Shown: positions 1 to 10,605 of the stretch, piece by piece
How the letters are laid out: each line of letters begins with the position of its first letter
How positions within the stretch are numbered: the first letter of the stretch is position 1
Assembly (NCBI GenBank): GCA_046048895.1
Contig: JBJOFF010000002.1
Location: 56,668 to 120,667 of the forward strand
DNA: 64,000 bases
Reading direction: 5' to 3'
DNA from: Actinomycetota bacterium
GTDB lineage: Bacteria > Actinomycetota > Actinomycetes > Nanopelagicales > Nanopelagicaceae
Notes under the pieces: model-generated
What the model saw: the letters and a program-made list of their open reading frames with translations, nothing else
What the model was told of the DNA's origin: nothing
Database searches by the model: none
Made by a program: the position numbers and the translations under genes

Positions 1-800
1 AAGATATCGTTTATGAAACTGCCGAAGGCATCGCCAAAATCACGATCAATCGTCCTCAAGTGCGCAATGCATTTCGCCCGCAGACCATTATTGAATTAAA
101 GGAAGCTTTTGATTTAGCTCGTGATGATGAGCAAATTGGCGTGGTGATCTTTACTGGTGCTGGTGACGAAGCATTCTGTTCTGGTGGCGATATCAGTGTT
201 CGCGGCGATGACGGCTACATCGGTGACGATGCAGTTGGCTCTAAAGGTATTGGCCGACTAAATGTTTTAGATTTACAGATCCAGATTCGCAGAATGCCAA
301 AGCCAGTAATTGCAATGGTTGCTGGTTGGGCTATCGGTGGCGGACATGTTTTGCATGTGGTCTGCGATTTAACAATCGCAGCAGAGAATGCAAAGTTTGG
401 GCAGACCGGACCAATGGTTGGATCTTTTGATGGCGGGTATGGCGCAGGTTTACTTGCACGTCATGTTGGCCAGAAGAAGGCGCGTGAAATTTGGTTCTTA
501 ACTCGTTCTTATGATGCTAAAGAAGCTTTGGATATGGGACTAGTAAACACAGTGGTGCCAGTTAAGGAACTAGAAGCAGAGACAGTGCAATGGGCGCGTG
601 AGATGCTACAAAATTCTCCACTAGCACTTCGTTTACTTAAAGCTGGTTTAAATGCAGCTGATGACGGCCTAGCAGGCGTTCAGCAATTGGCTGGCGATGC
701 AACGCTGCTCTTTTATATGACCGAAGAGGGCCAAGAAGGTCGCGATGCATATAAAGAGAAGCGCAAGCCTGACTTCGGTAAGTACCCAAAGCGTCCGTAA
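1..800 (+). CDS. menB: 1,4-dihydroxy-2-naphthoyl-CoA synthase, 5' end cut by window edge
   Basis: The frame is open from nt 3 ([24 protein letters not shown]...), so track ORF 60..800 (internal GTG) is only part of the gene. Crotonase-fold blocks FCSGGD and [11 protein letters not shown] are present, with a C-terminal EKRKPDF. It is the first gene of a men cluster. Confidence 0.9.
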   Translation, partial: DIVYETAEGIAKITINRPQVRNAFRPQTIIELKEAFDLARDDEQIGVVIFTGAGDEAFCSGGDISVRGDDGYIGDDAVGSKGIGRLNVLDLQIQIRRMPKPVIAMVAGWAIGGGHVLHVVCDLTIAAENAKFGQTGPMVGSFDGGYGAGLLARHVGQKKAREIWFLTRSYDAKEALDMGLVNTVVPVKELEAETVQWAREMLQNSPLALRLLKAGLNAADDGLAGVQQLAGDATLLFYMTEEGQEGRDAYKEKRKPDFGKYPKRP

Positions 801-1753
801 TGCTCAACGAAATACTTGCAACATTGCAAGTGCTCACTCTGCCGACGCGCACAAATTTTCGATCGGTAACTAAACGCGAAGTTGCGCTATTTCAAGGCCC
901 AAATGGCTGGGGAGAATTCTCACCTTTTTTAGAGTACGAAAAGGAAGAAGCAGCCTATTGGTTAGCTGCAGGAATTGAAGCTGCTTTTGGTGATTTACCA
1001 CTTACTCATCGCAATGAAATTGAAGTCAACGCAACTTTGCCATCAGTAGATACCAAGATTGATATAGAAAATATTTTGAGTTGGTATCCCGGAGCTAAAG
1101 TTGTAAAAATAAAAGTTGGTGGAGATTTGGCTCATGACATTGCTCGAATTGAAAATGCACTTGAAGTAAATTCGAAACTAAAAATAAGACTCGATGTAAA
1201 TGGTGGCTGGAGCGTCAAAGAGGCAGAGCAAGCTGTTGCACAGATAATTGATCGGATTGGAATTGAAAAGATTGAATACATCGAACAACCGGTCGCAACT
1301 ATTGAAGAGCTAAAAGAATTAAATCTTCCAATTCCAGTGGTAGGGGATGAAGTAATTCGAAAAGCTGCTGATCCTTTTAAGTTAGATTTAAATGGTGCGG
1401 TAGATATCTTGATGCTTAAAGTTTCTCCGCTAGGTGGCATTAAACGCGCCAAAGAGATCGCTGCTCATCACAAATTACCAGTTGTGGTATCTAGCGCTTT
1501 GGAATCTGCGGTTGGCATTTCCCATGGGTTAAAACTTGCGGCATCATTACCTGAATTAAATTACGCCTGCGGTTTAGGAACTGGAAAGTTACTTGCTAAC
1601 GATGTGGCGGACCTGCCAATAATTGAAGGACGCATGAAGCTAAGTAACGTGGTTCCAAGCGGCATGCTGAATTATCAAGCGGCTCCTGAGCGCATCACTT
1701 GGTGGCAAAGACGAATTCGCGATAGTTTTGAAGTATGGCAAGCACGGAATTAG
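800..1753 (+). CDS. menC: o-succinylbenzoate synthase (enolase superfamily)
   Basis: MenC-type blocks LPTRTNFRSVTKREVALFQGPNGWGEFSPF, KIKVG, RLDVNGGW and YIEQP. The start overlaps the menB stop (TAATG). Confidence 0.8.
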   Translation: MLNEILATLQVLTLPTRTNFRSVTKREVALFQGPNGWGEFSPFLEYEKEEAAYWLAAGIEAAFGDLPLTHRNEIEVNATLPSVDTKIDIENILSWYPGAKVVKIKVGGDLAHDIARIENALEVNSKLKIRLDVNGGWSVKEAEQAVAQIIDRIGIEKIEYIEQPVATIEELKELNLPIPVVGDEVIRKAADPFKLDLNGAVDILMLKVSPLGGIKRAKEIAAHHKLPVVVSSALESAVGISHGLKLAASLPELNYACGLGTGKLLANDVADLPIIEGRMKLSNVVPSGMLNYQAAPERITWWQRRIRDSFEVWQARN

Positions 1754-3204
1754 CGCGCAAAGTAATCCGTGACTTAATAGAGCACGGAATTACTGATTTT
1801 GTGCTGAGTCCGGGATCTAGAAATGCGCCACTTTCGATTGCACTTTACGAAGCAGAAGCACGAGGCTTAATTGAGCTTCACATACGGATCGACGAACGTA
1901 CTGCCGCATTCTTCGCGCTAGGAATTACTAAAGCGAGCAAACGTCCCGCAGTTGTGATCTGTACTAGCGGGACTGCGGTAGCAAATTATTATCCAGCATT
2001 TCTAGAAGCCTTTCATAGTGATTTACCTTTAATTGTGCTCAGCGCAGATCGACCTGAGAGGCTTCGTCAAACAGGTGCAAATCAGACAACTAATCAAGTT
2101 CATCTATTTAATTGTGGCCGTTTCTTTAGCGGAGAAAAATATGAATTACATAAAACCGGACCAACCCATATTAATTTAGAATTTGATGAACCACTTTTGT
2201 CGGAAGATAAAAGCGATTGGTTAATTAATTTATCTTCGAAAAAGTTAATTCAGACCAAGAGTGATGCAGAGAAATTTGAGGTGCCAAGCGGTAAGGGCAT
2301 AGTAATTGCTGGACATGATGGAATTGATGTTACAGATTTTGTAAATCAACTTGGAGTTCCGCTAATTGCAGAGAATCCTCTTTCATATCCAAATGCAGTT
2401 GCTCATGCTTCGCTTTTTAGTTCAAAGCTAGAGATTGATTGGGTAGTTGTGGTTGGTCGGACCACTTTATCTAGAAGTACCAATGCTTTAATAGCTAAAG
2501 CAAGAGAAGTATTTGTAATAGATCCACGGGCTGCAAAAGTTGATCCAAAGCGCAGCGCTACCAAGATTTTTGACCAAGTTCCTCAGATAGTTGGTAACGC
2601 TGAGAAATGGCAGCTAACCAGTGAATTAATCAAGATTGATCAATGGTGCGAGCCAGCGGTAGCGCAATGCATTGCAGCAAAGTTACCTAACGGAGCTACT
2701 TTATATATCTCTTCATCAAGACCGATCCGAGATTTCGAGAGCTTTGCAGCTCCAAGAGCTGGGGTAGAAGTCTTTGCCAATCGCGGTTTAGCTGGAATTG
2801 ATGGCAATTTATCTACTGCTATAGGTATCGCGGCCAAACGTGAGGCTACCTATGCAGTAGTTGGTGATTTGGCATTTCTACATGATTTAACGGCTTTAGT
2901 TAACCAAGAAGCGCTCAAATTGAAGTTGATAGTTGTAAATAACGATGGCGGCGGAATTTTTTCAACTCTGCCACAAGCTGGAGTAACTGGATTTGAGAAG
3001 ATATTCGGAACTCCGCACGGCCGCAATTTGGTGAAGCTTGCTTCAGCTTTTGATATTCCGGTTACTGAAGTTAGAGATCTAAATGCGCTCTCAGATTTCA
3101 TGAGCGCACCGACTCGATTTGAAATTGCAATTTTGCAGATGCCTGATCGCGAAGCAAATGCGAAATTGATAAAAGAGTTAGCGCAACGCGTTAATTATCG
3201 GTAA
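1735..3204 (+). CDS. menD: SEPHCHC synthase (2-succinyl-5-enolpyruvyl-6-hydroxy-3-cyclohexene-1-carboxylate synthase), ThDP enzyme
   Basis: N-terminal LSPGSRNAPLS and CTSGTAVANYYPA, plus the ThDP motif GDLAFLHD...VNNDGGGIF. It overlaps menC by 19 nt. At 489 aa it is shorter than the ~555 aa I recall for E. coli MenD. Confidence 0.85.
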   Translation: MASTELARKVIRDLIEHGITDFVLSPGSRNAPLSIALYEAEARGLIELHIRIDERTAAFFALGITKASKRPAVVICTSGTAVANYYPAFLEAFHSDLPLIVLSADRPERLRQTGANQTTNQVHLFNCGRFFSGEKYELHKTGPTHINLEFDEPLLSEDKSDWLINLSSKKLIQTKSDAEKFEVPSGKGIVIAGHDGIDVTDFVNQLGVPLIAENPLSYPNAVAHASLFSSKLEIDWVVVVGRTTLSRSTNALIAKAREVFVIDPRAAKVDPKRSATKIFDQVPQIVGNAEKWQLTSELIKIDQWCEPAVAQCIAAKLPNGATLYISSSRPIRDFESFAAPRAGVEVFANRGLAGIDGNLSTAIGIAAKREATYAVVGDLAFLHDLTALVNQEALKLKLIVVNNDGGGIFSTLPQAGVTGFEKIFGTPHGRNLVKLASAFDIPVTEVRDLNALSDFMSAPTRFEIAILQMPDREANAKLIKELAQRVNYR

Positions 3205-4398
3205 GAATTTTGCTTGGCTCTCTGCAACTTCACGAGCTGCATCTGAACCAGCCACAATGCCACAACCTGCAAAGGCATGTATTTCTTTTCCATCGATGAA
3301 ACCACAACGAAGTGCAATTCCTTGTTCACCTTCACCTTTGGCATCTATCCAACCAATTGGACCGGCATAACGACGGCGATTAATTCCTTCGATTCTTTTA
3401 ATTAAAGTCGCAGCTTGCGCAGTTGGAGTGCCGCATACAGCTGCAGACGGGTGCAATTTAGTGAGAATTGCGAAGATATCGACAACTTTATGGCTCTCTT
3501 TAATTGCGCCTGTCACATCGGTAGCTAGATGCATCACATTTGAAAGGTGCAGCACAAATGGGGAATCAGGAACATTTGTGGACGAACAAAATGGTGAAAG
3601 CGCATCCGCTACAGATCTAACTGCATATTCGTGCTCTTCAAGATCTTTTGAGGATCTAGCAAGGGAGGCAGCTAAAGCTAAATCTTTATCATCATCTCCC
3701 GTTTTACTGATAGTTCCGGCAAGGACTCGCGAAACCACCATCGCATTATTTAAGCGAATTAATAGCTCTGGAGTTGCGCCAATCAAACCGCTATTTGAAT
3801 AGACCCAAGTACCTGGATATTCCTTGGCTAAATTTCGAAGTACTGATCTTGGATCAACATCACCATCAGCATCTGCCACAATTTCACGCGCCAATACGAC
3901 CTTATCCAAAGAATCCTCTTGGATTTCAGTTACCGCAGTTAGAACTTTCTCTCTCCAATTATCTACATCGCTCTGGCGCCAAGATATTTTTGGAATTGGA
4001 TTCGCTTCGGAACGTGTCAATAATTTTGGTTGTGCTTCATTGCCAATCCAAGTTATCCAAGTCGATTGGTTGCGCTTACCTACGACAACTTTCGGAATTA
4101 CTAATTCGCTCTCCTCGTTCTCATCAAAAGAGAATGAAGTAAACAAAACTGGACCAGTGCCAGGCCCAAGCACATCATTATTGATATGAAATGAATCTAA
4201 GTGTTGATGCCACCATTTACGTGCATCTTCAAAGCGATTAGCACCCTTAACTTTTGTTGATGCGTAAATTCCCCAGCCAACTAAACCTTCACCATTTCTT
4301 ACCCAGGTATAAGGATTTTGATCAGGTAGCAGTTCTAGTAGAGGAAGATGCGCACCTAATCTGGCGGTATTTACAACGGTACTAATTTGCTCGACCAA
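3178..4398 (-). CDS. menF: isochorismate synthase (chorismate-binding enzyme)
   Basis: Chorismate-binding blocks GATPELLIRL, LAGTISK, PSAAVCGTP, RRRYAGPIGW, IALRCG and AGCGIVAGSD. It lies in the men cluster. Its 3' end overlaps the menD 3' end by 27 nt (convergent). Confidence 0.8.
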   Translation of the reverse strand: MVEQISTVVNTARLGAHLPLLELLPDQNPYTWVRNGEGLVGWGIYASTKVKGANRFEDARKWWHQHLDSFHINNDVLGPGTGPVLFTSFSFDENEESELVIPKVVVGKRNQSTWITWIGNEAQPKLLTRSEANPIPKISWRQSDVDNWREKVLTAVTEIQEDSLDKVVLAREIVADADGDVDPRSVLRNLAKEYPGTWVYSNSGLIGATPELLIRLNNAMVVSRVLAGTISKTGDDDKDLALAASLARSSKDLEEHEYAVRSVADALSPFCSSTNVPDSPFVLHLSNVMHLATDVTGAIKESHKVVDIFAILTKLHPSAAVCGTPTAQAATLIKRIEGINRRRYAGPIGWIDAKGEGEQGIALRCGFIDGKEIHAFAGCGIVAGSDAAREVAESQAKFLPIINALR

Positions 4399-4969
4399 CT
4401 ACCTTCCATAAGGCAGGAAGAATGGCGCCAGCAATTGCAATCTTTAGCAACTCACCGAAAATAAAAGGAGTTAAGCCAGCGCTAAAGGTCCAAGCCCAAT
4501 CTTTTCCTGTGTATTGCTGCAACCAGATAAGCCCAAAGGTAAAGATGATTAAATTGCCAATAAACATAGTGCCGAGGGCGCTAAATAATTTTTGATCCCA
4601 TTTGCGCCCAGCTAAGAAGCCGAGCACCCAAGAAGCCAGAAGCATTCCTACTAAATATCCACCAGTTGGTCCTAGTAGGCGTTCAATTCCGTGGCCACTC
4701 TGTGCAAAAACTGGCGCACCAGCAAAACCAATTAATAAATAAAGTGCAAAGGTAGCTGCGCCCAGATTTGCACCATATGCAGTTGCGAGTAATAGAACTC
4801 CAAGTGTCTGGCCAGTTACGGGAACCGGCGAACCAGGTACTGGAATCACAACTTGTGCAAGCAGCCCCAAGAAGAGCGCACCACCTGTAATGAGGAGCGC
4901 ATTGCTAATGACGGAGGTACGCGGAAGCACCTTACTGGTTAAGGTACTGGTCAAGGTCATCGAAGACAT
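4382..4969 (-). CDS. bioY: biotin transporter S-component BioY (solitary, no ECF A/T genes nearby)
   Basis: A 195 aa protein with six predicted hydrophobic helices and BioY-like blocks VPVTGQTLGVLL, GPTGGYLVG and PFIFGELLK. Its stop overlaps the menF start by 17 nt. Confidence 0.75.
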   Translation of the reverse strand: MSSMTLTSTLTSKVLPRTSVISNALLITGGALFLGLLAQVVIPVPGSPVPVTGQTLGVLLLATAYGANLGAATFALYLLIGFAGAPVFAQSGHGIERLLGPTGGYLVGMLLASWVLGFLAGRKWDQKLFSALGTMFIGNLIIFTFGLIWLQQYTGKDWAWTFSAGLTPFIFGELLKIAIAGAILPALWKVVGRAN

Positions 4970-4974
4970 TTTCA

Positions 4975-4996
4975 GAGTGTATCTCGAGTGTATATC
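4975..4996. repeat. tandem 11-nt direct repeat GAGTGTATCTC / GAGTGTATATC in the bioY-menG divergent intergenic region
   Basis: Read directly from the sequence, with 10/11 identity. It sits 6 nt from the bioY start codon and 29 nt from the menG ATG. Confidence 0.6.
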
Positions 4997-5024
4997 TAGC
5001 GATAAATGAGGCAGAATACGGCGT

Positions 5025-5720
5025 ATGTCCCGCGCAAATATGGATAAAAATCCAGATGAAGTTGCAGCGATGTTTGATGGCGTTGCAAAGCGCTATGACT
5101 TAGTTAATGATCTTTTAAGTTTGGGTCAGACTAAATCTTGGCGACGTAAGACCACCGAAATTATTTCGCCAAAACCAGGTATGGAGATTTTAGATTTAGC
5201 TGCCGGCACTGGTTCATCATCTGTTCCATTAGCGCAAGCAGGAGCAAAGGTGATTCCGGCGGATTTCTCCGAAGGAATGCTAGAAGCAGGGCGCAAGCGC
5301 CATCCACACCTGCCATTTACCAAAGCAGATGCCTTAAATCTGCCATTCGACTCGAAACGCTTTGATGTAGTTACGATCTCTTTCGGACTTCGAAATACCG
5401 TTGATTTTGATAAGGCGTTAAAAGAGATGCTTAAAGTGACCAAGCCTGGTGGTCGCTTGGTGGTCTGCGAATTTAGCCAACCTACTTGGAAGCCATTTCG
5501 GACTCTTTACATGAACTACCTGATGAAGGCGCTGCCATTGATAGCTAAATGGACCAGCTCCAATCCAGATGCCTATGTCTACCTGGCCGAATCGATCCGG
5601 GCATGGCCAAATCAGAGCGCGCTCGCAGCCCGAATTGAGGCCGCCGGCTGGGTCGAGGCCCGCTGGAAGAACCTCACCTTTGGAATTGTTTCAGTTCACA
5701 GCGCCAGCGCGCCTCTTTAG
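5025..5720 (+). CDS. menG: demethylmenaquinone methyltransferase (UbiE/MenG family)
   Basis: SAM-binding motif ILDLAAGTG, plus UbiE/MenG blocks [29 protein letters not shown] and [12 protein letters not shown]. Confidence 0.85.
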   Translation: MSRANMDKNPDEVAAMFDGVAKRYDLVNDLLSLGQTKSWRRKTTEIISPKPGMEILDLAAGTGSSSVPLAQAGAKVIPADFSEGMLEAGRKRHPHLPFTKADALNLPFDSKRFDVVTISFGLRNTVDFDKALKEMLKVTKPGGRLVVCEFSQPTWKPFRTLYMNYLMKALPLIAKWTSSNPDAYVYLAESIRAWPNQSALAARIEAAGWVEARWKNLTFGIVSVHSASAPL

Positions 5721-5756
5721 TTTCGCCTATCTTCGAACCACGCTTAGACTTCCAGC

Positions 5757-6116
5757 GTGAATCCATACGTACCAATTCTGGTCATCGGTGCCATCGGTTT
5801 GGGCTTCGCAGTCTTCTCAGTAGCCATCGCAGCCATCACCGGACCGAAGAGATATAACCGCGCAAAGTTAGATCCATACGAGTGCGGAATTGAACCCTCA
5901 CCACAAGCTGCCGAAGGTGGACGCTTCCCAGTTAAGTACTTCTTAACCGCGATGCTCTTCATCATTTTCGATATCGAAATCGTCTTCTTGTATCCATGGG
6001 CGGTCACCTTTGATCAATTAGGTCTGTTTGGACTTGTAGAAATGATTCTCTTTATTGGCACGGTCTTTGTTGCATATGCATATGTGTGGCGACGTGGCGG
6101 ACTTGAGTGGGATTAA
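5757..6116 (+). CDS. nuoA: NADH-quinone oxidoreductase subunit A
   Basis: A 119 aa, 3-TM protein with YECG and PVKYFLTAMLFIIFDIE motifs. GTG start, first gene of the nuo operon, 37 nt after menG. Confidence 0.9.
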   Translation: MNPYVPILVIGAIGLGFAVFSVAIAAITGPKRYNRAKLDPYECGIEPSPQAAEGGRFPVKYFLTAMLFIIFDIEIVFLYPWAVTFDQLGLFGLVEMILFIGTVFVAYAYVWRRGGLEWD

Positions 6117-6141
6117 GAATGGGATTTGAAATGAGGACTCA

Positions 6142-6699
6142 GTGGGCTTAGAAGAAAAATTACCTTCAGGCTTTTTACTAACAACCGTTGAGAATCTTGC
6201 GGATTACATGCGCAAGTCTTCGGTCTGGCCTGCAACTTTCGGTCTTGCATGTTGTGCAATTGAAATGATGGCAGTGGGTTCCGCTGCTAAATATGACATC
6301 TCTCGTTTTGGTATGGAGCGTTTCTCGGCAACTCCTCGCCAAGCCGATTTGATGATTGTCGCTGGTCGTCTTTCAAACAAAATGGCGCCAGTACTTCGAC
6401 AGATTTATGATCAAATGCCAAATCCAAAATGGGTAATCGCGATGGGCGCATGCGCTTCATCAGGCGGCATGTTTAATAATTATGCAATTGTGCAAGGCGT
6501 AGATCACGTGGTTCCAGTTGATATTTATCTACCAGGTTGCCCTCCACGCCCAGAAATGTTACTCGATGCAATTTTGAAGTTGCACGAAAAGATTTCAGAG
6601 AGCAAGTTGGGCGTTAATCGCGAACAAGTTATCCGCGAAGTTGAAGCAGCAGCGATGGCAGCTATTCCAACTCATGCGCAGAAGGGGCTTTTAGCATGA
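6142..6699 (+). CDS. nuoB: NADH-quinone oxidoreductase subunit B
   Basis: N2 cluster ligand blocks [18 protein letters not shown] and LPGCPPRPE. Confidence 0.95.
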   Translation: MGLEEKLPSGFLLTTVENLADYMRKSSVWPATFGLACCAIEMMAVGSAAKYDISRFGMERFSATPRQADLMIVAGRLSNKMAPVLRQIYDQMPNPKWVIAMGACASSGGMFNNYAIVQGVDHVVPVDIYLPGCPPRPEMLLDAILKLHEKISESKLGVNREQVIREVEAAAMAAIPTHAQKGLLA

Positions 6700-7328
6700 G
6701 TGAAGTTAAAGGAATGTTCGGAGTTTCGGGCACCGGAGACACCTCTGGATATAGCGGTTTAGAACGTATTCAAGTAACTCCAGGTTCTTCAGAGCGTCCA
6801 TACGGCAGTTATTTTGATGAAGTAGCTGATGATTTAGAACGTGCATACCCTGAGTTTGCGGATGCGATTGAAAAAGTGGTCGTTGATCGCGGCGAATTAA
6901 CACTTCACGTTAAGCGCGAAAAAATAGTTGAAGTTGCATATGTGCTTCGCGACAAATTGCTATTTGAAATGTGCATGGGAGTTAATGGAGTGCACTATCC
7001 AAACGAAACAGGTCGCGAACTTCATGCGGTCTATCCATTGCTTTCGATTACAAATAATCGACGCATTCGTCTAGAAGTTGCTTGTCCAGATTCGGATCCA
7101 CACATTCCATCAGTAGTAGAAGTTTGGGCCGGAAACAATTGGCATGAGCGCGAAACTTTTGACATGTTCGGAATTATTTTTGATGGACATCCTGCGCTGA
7201 CTCGCATTTTGATGCCAGATGATTGGCAAGGTTTCCCGCAGCGTAAGGATTATGCGCTGAACGGAATTAATGTTGAATATAAAGGCGCTTCAACACCGGC
7301 ACCAGATAATCGAAGGGCGTACAACTAA
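6696..7328 (+). CDS. nuoC: NADH-quinone oxidoreductase subunit C
   Basis: 30 kDa-subunit block [23 protein letters not shown] overlap with nuoB. Confidence 0.9.
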   Translation: MSEVKGMFGVSGTGDTSGYSGLERIQVTPGSSERPYGSYFDEVADDLERAYPEFADAIEKVVVDRGELTLHVKREKIVEVAYVLRDKLLFEMCMGVNGVHYPNETGRELHAVYPLLSITNNRRIRLEVACPDSDPHIPSVVEVWAGNNWHERETFDMFGIIFDGHPALTRILMPDDWQGFPQRKDYALNGINVEYKGASTPAPDNRRAYN

Positions 7329-8675
7329 ATGACAACTTTCGACACTACTGATCCTTATGCATCATCACGCGAAACCACCGAAGGTACCGTTTACTCAGTA
7401 ACTGGTGGCGACTGGAGTGAATTAACTGCTGAAATTGGTTCACAGAAAGACGAAAAGATTGTCGTCAACATGGGACCACAGCACCCATCAACTCACGGAG
7501 TGCTTCGTCTAGTTCTAGAACTAGAGGGTGAAACCGTTTCGGAAATTCGTTGCGGAATTGGTTACCTCCACACCGGTATCGAAAAGAACACCGAATTTCG
7601 TACTTGGACTCAAGCAACCACATTTGTGACTCGTATGGATTACCTGTCGCCACTATTTAATGAAGCTGCTTATTGCTTAGGTGTAGAAAAACTTCTCAAC
7701 ATTACCGATCAAATTCCAGAGCGCGCATCGGTGATCCGCGTGCTAATGATGGAACTAAATCGCATCTCATCTCACATGGTTGCGCTAGGCACTGGTGCAC
7801 TCGAATTAGGCGCAATGGCGCCAATGTTCAATGCATTCCGTGAGCGTGAAAAGGTGCTCTCTACCTTCGAGCGCATCACTGGTCTTCGCATGAATATGGC
7901 ATACATCCGTCCAGGCGGAGTTCAACAAGATCTGCCTGCTGGTACCGTGCAATATATTCGCGATTTAGTTAAAGATCTTCGTATTCATCTAAAAGATAAC
8001 TCGGACTTACTTGTCGGAAATACCATCTGGATGAAGCGCACCGAAGGTATTGGCTATTTAGATTTAGCTGGTTGCACCACTCTTGGTGTTACTGGACCGA
8101 TTCTTCGCTCTGCAGGTTTGCCATGGGATCTTCGTAAAACTCAACCTTATTGCGGTTATGAAAATTACGACTTCGATGTGGTTACTGCTGATACTGCAGA
8201 TGTTTACGGTCGCTTCTTAGTTCGTGTAAACGAATTAGAACAATCACTTCGCATCATCGAACAAGCTTGCGATAAGTTAGACAAACTTGATGGCGCTCCA
8301 GTAATGGTTGCAGATAAAAAGATTGCCTGGCCAGCACAACTTGCACTTGGTGCAGATGGAATGGGTAATTCACTAAACCATATCCGCGAAATCATGGGCA
8401 CCTCAATGGAATCTTTAATTCATCACTTTAAGTTGGTAACCGAAGGTTTCCGCGTTCCAGCAGGTCAAGCTTATGCAGCAGTCGAATCACCACGTGGCGA
8501 ACTCGGCGCATATGTAGTTTCTGATGGCGGAACTCGTCCGTATCGCGTGCACTTCCGCGAACCATCTTTTAATAATTTGCAATCAACATCAGCGATGTGT
8601 GAAGGCTCAATGGTCGCAGACATCATCGGTGCAGTTGCATCAATCGATCCAGTTATGGGAGGTGTTGATCGCTAA
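7329..8675 (+). CDS. nuoD: NADH-quinone oxidoreductase subunit D
   Basis: 49 kDa-subunit blocks [15 protein letters not shown] and a C-terminal [10 protein letters not shown]. Confidence 0.95.
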   Translation: MTTFDTTDPYASSRETTEGTVYSVTGGDWSELTAEIGSQKDEKIVVNMGPQHPSTHGVLRLVLELEGETVSEIRCGIGYLHTGIEKNTEFRTWTQATTFVTRMDYLSPLFNEAAYCLGVEKLLNITDQIPERASVIRVLMMELNRISSHMVALGTGALELGAMAPMFNAFREREKVLSTFERITGLRMNMAYIRPGGVQQDLPAGTVQYIRDLVKDLRIHLKDNSDLLVGNTIWMKRTEGIGYLDLAGCTTLGVTGPILRSAGLPWDLRKTQPYCGYENYDFDVVTADTADVYGRFLVRVNELEQSLRIIEQACDKLDKLDGAPVMVADKKIAWPAQLALGADGMGNSLNHIREIMGTSMESLIHHFKLVTEGFRVPAGQAYAAVESPRGELGAYVVSDGGTRPYRVHFREPSFNNLQSTSAMCEGSMVADIIGAVASIDPVMGGVDR

Positions 8676-9310
8676 TGGCAATCGAAATGTTCTCTGATTC
8701 TGATTATTCAGTAATTGATTCAATTGTTTCTCGTTACCCACGTAAGCGCTCTGCAATCATGCCGTTACTTCACTTTGTGCAATCAAAGGCTGGTTATGTA
8801 ACCAATGAGGGCATCGAAATGATTGCTGCCAAACTGGAGATTGAAAGCGCAGAAGTAACTGCGGTTTCCACCTTCTATACCCAGTATTTAAAGCACCCAG
8901 CAGGCGAATATCACGTAGGTGTCTGCATCAACACGCTTTGCGCAGTTATGGGTGGTGATGCGATTTGGGAGAGCGTTTCCGAACATCTTGGAATTGGTAA
9001 CCACGAAGTTACTGCAGATGGAAAAGTTTCACTCGAACGTATTGAGTGCAATGCAGCTTGTGACTATGCGCCAGTAGTTATGGCCAACTGGGAGTTCTAC
9101 GACAATATGACTCCTCAGAAAACCAAAGATTTAGTTGATGGTGCACGCAACGGAAATCCTCCAGCACCAACACGTGGCCCAAAGAAACTTCCAACATTCA
9201 AAGAGAACTCACGGGTACTTGCAGGTCTTGATGATGGATTAGCAAACGAAGGTGTATCCGCAGGTGAAGCAACTTTGCTCGGTCTGAAATTAAGCAAGGA
9301 GGGCAAATAA
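8675..9310 (+). CDS. nuoE: NADH-quinone oxidoreductase subunit E (2Fe-2S)
   Basis: Cys pattern GVCINTLCAVMGG...IECNAACDYAP. TAATG junction with nuoD. Confidence 0.9.
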   Translation: MAIEMFSDSDYSVIDSIVSRYPRKRSAIMPLLHFVQSKAGYVTNEGIEMIAAKLEIESAEVTAVSTFYTQYLKHPAGEYHVGVCINTLCAVMGGDAIWESVSEHLGIGNHEVTADGKVSLERIECNAACDYAPVVMANWEFYDNMTPQKTKDLVDGARNGNPPAPTRGPKKLPTFKENSRVLAGLDDGLANEGVSAGEATLLGLKLSKEGK

Positions 9311-10605
9311 TGTTAAAGCCAGTTTTATCTGCTCACTGGGATGAAAGCGATTCATTCACAATCGATGGTTACAAGCGTCATGGTGGTTATGAAGCTGCAA
9401 AGAAAGCTTTGGCTATGGAAGCAGATGCAGTAATTCAATTAGTAAAAGATTCTGGATTACGTGGACGCGGTGGTGCTGGTTTCCCAACTGGTATGAAGTG
9501 GGGATTTATTCCACAGAATGATGGCAAAGAACATTACTTAGTTGTAAATGCTGATGAATCAGAGCCAGGAACTTGTAAGGACATGCCACTACTTATGGCA
9601 AATCCACACGTACTTATCGAAGGAATGATTATTGCTTCTTATGCTATTCGTGCGAAGCATGCATTCGTTTATCTGCGTGGAGAAGTGGCACACGTTGCAC
9701 GTCGCGTTAATGCAGCAATTGCAGATGCATACAAGGCTGGATACTTAGGTAAAAATATTTTCGGAACCGGAAATGATCTAGAACTAACTCTTCATATTGG
9801 TGCAGGTGCTTATATCTGCGGCGAGGAAACTGCACTTCTAGATTCGCTCGAAGGTTTCCGCGGCCAACCACGTCTTCGTCCGCCATTTCCAGCTATTGCT
9901 GGCCTTTATGCGCGCCCAACTGTGGTTAATAACGTGGAATCAATCTCGGCAGTTCCAGCAATTGTGGCAAATGGTGCAGATTGGTATCAGCAATTCGGAA
10001 CCGAAAAATCAAAGGGCATGACTCTTTATTCACTTTCAGGCCACGTTGCAAATCCAGGGCAGTTTGAAGCGCCACTTGGAATTACTCTGCGTCAACTTCT
10101 TGATATGTCTGGCGGAATGCGTGCTGGACATAAATTGAAGTTCTGGACACCTGGTGGATCATCAACACCGATGTTCACTGACGAACACTTAGATGTGCCA
10201 CTTGATTACGAAGGTGTTGGCGCAGCTGGTTCGATGCTTGGCACAAAAGCACTTCAAATTTTTGACGAGACTACTTGCGTAGTTCGCGCAGTACTTCGTT
10301 GGGTTGAGTTTTACAAACATGAATCTTGCGGAAAGTGCACACCTTGCCGCGAAGGTACTTGGTGGTTAGTCCAATCAATGAAGGACATCGAAACTGGTAA
10401 GGCAGATGTTGCAGAGCTAGATAAGTTGCTCGATCTCTGCGACAACATCATGGGTCGTTCATTCTGTGCTCTTGCAGATGGCGCAGTCAGCCCGGTTGCT
10501 TCTTCAATTAAATATTTCCGTGACGAATACGTTGCGCACATTACAAACAAGGGTTGCCCATTTGACCCTGTTGCTTCAACTCTATTTGCGGGAGAACTTG
10601 CATGA
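9310..10605 (+). CDS. nuoF: NADH-quinone oxidoreductase subunit F (FMN/NADH site)
   Basis: [25 protein letters not shown] and the 4Fe-4S block [12 protein letters not shown]. Confidence 0.95.
   Translation: MLKPVLSAHWDESDSFTIDGYKRHGGYEAAKKALAMEADAVIQLVKDSGLRGRGGAGFPTGMKWGFIPQNDGKEHYLVVNADESEPGTCKDMPLLMANPHVLIEGMIIASYAIRAKHAFVYLRGEVAHVARRVNAAIADAYKAGYLGKNIFGTGNDLELTLHIGAGAYICGEETALLDSLEGFRGQPRLRPPFPAIAGLYARPTVVNNVESISAVPAIVANGADWYQQFGTEKSKGMTLYSLSGHVANPGQFEAPLGITLRQLLDMSGGMRAGHKLKFWTPGGSSTPMFTDEHLDVPLDYEGVGAAGSMLGTKALQIFDETTCVVRAVLRWVEFYKHESCGKCTPCREGTWWLVQSMKDIETGKADVAELDKLLDLCDNIMGRSFCALADGAVSPVASSIKYFRDEYVAHITNKGCPFDPVASTLFAGELA

Noticed and set aside
3428-4189. Three plus-strand ORFs of 121-124 aa antisense to menF.
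   Set aside because: They overlap each other and the chorismate-binding-domain ORF, have no recognisable motifs and have no room for signals.
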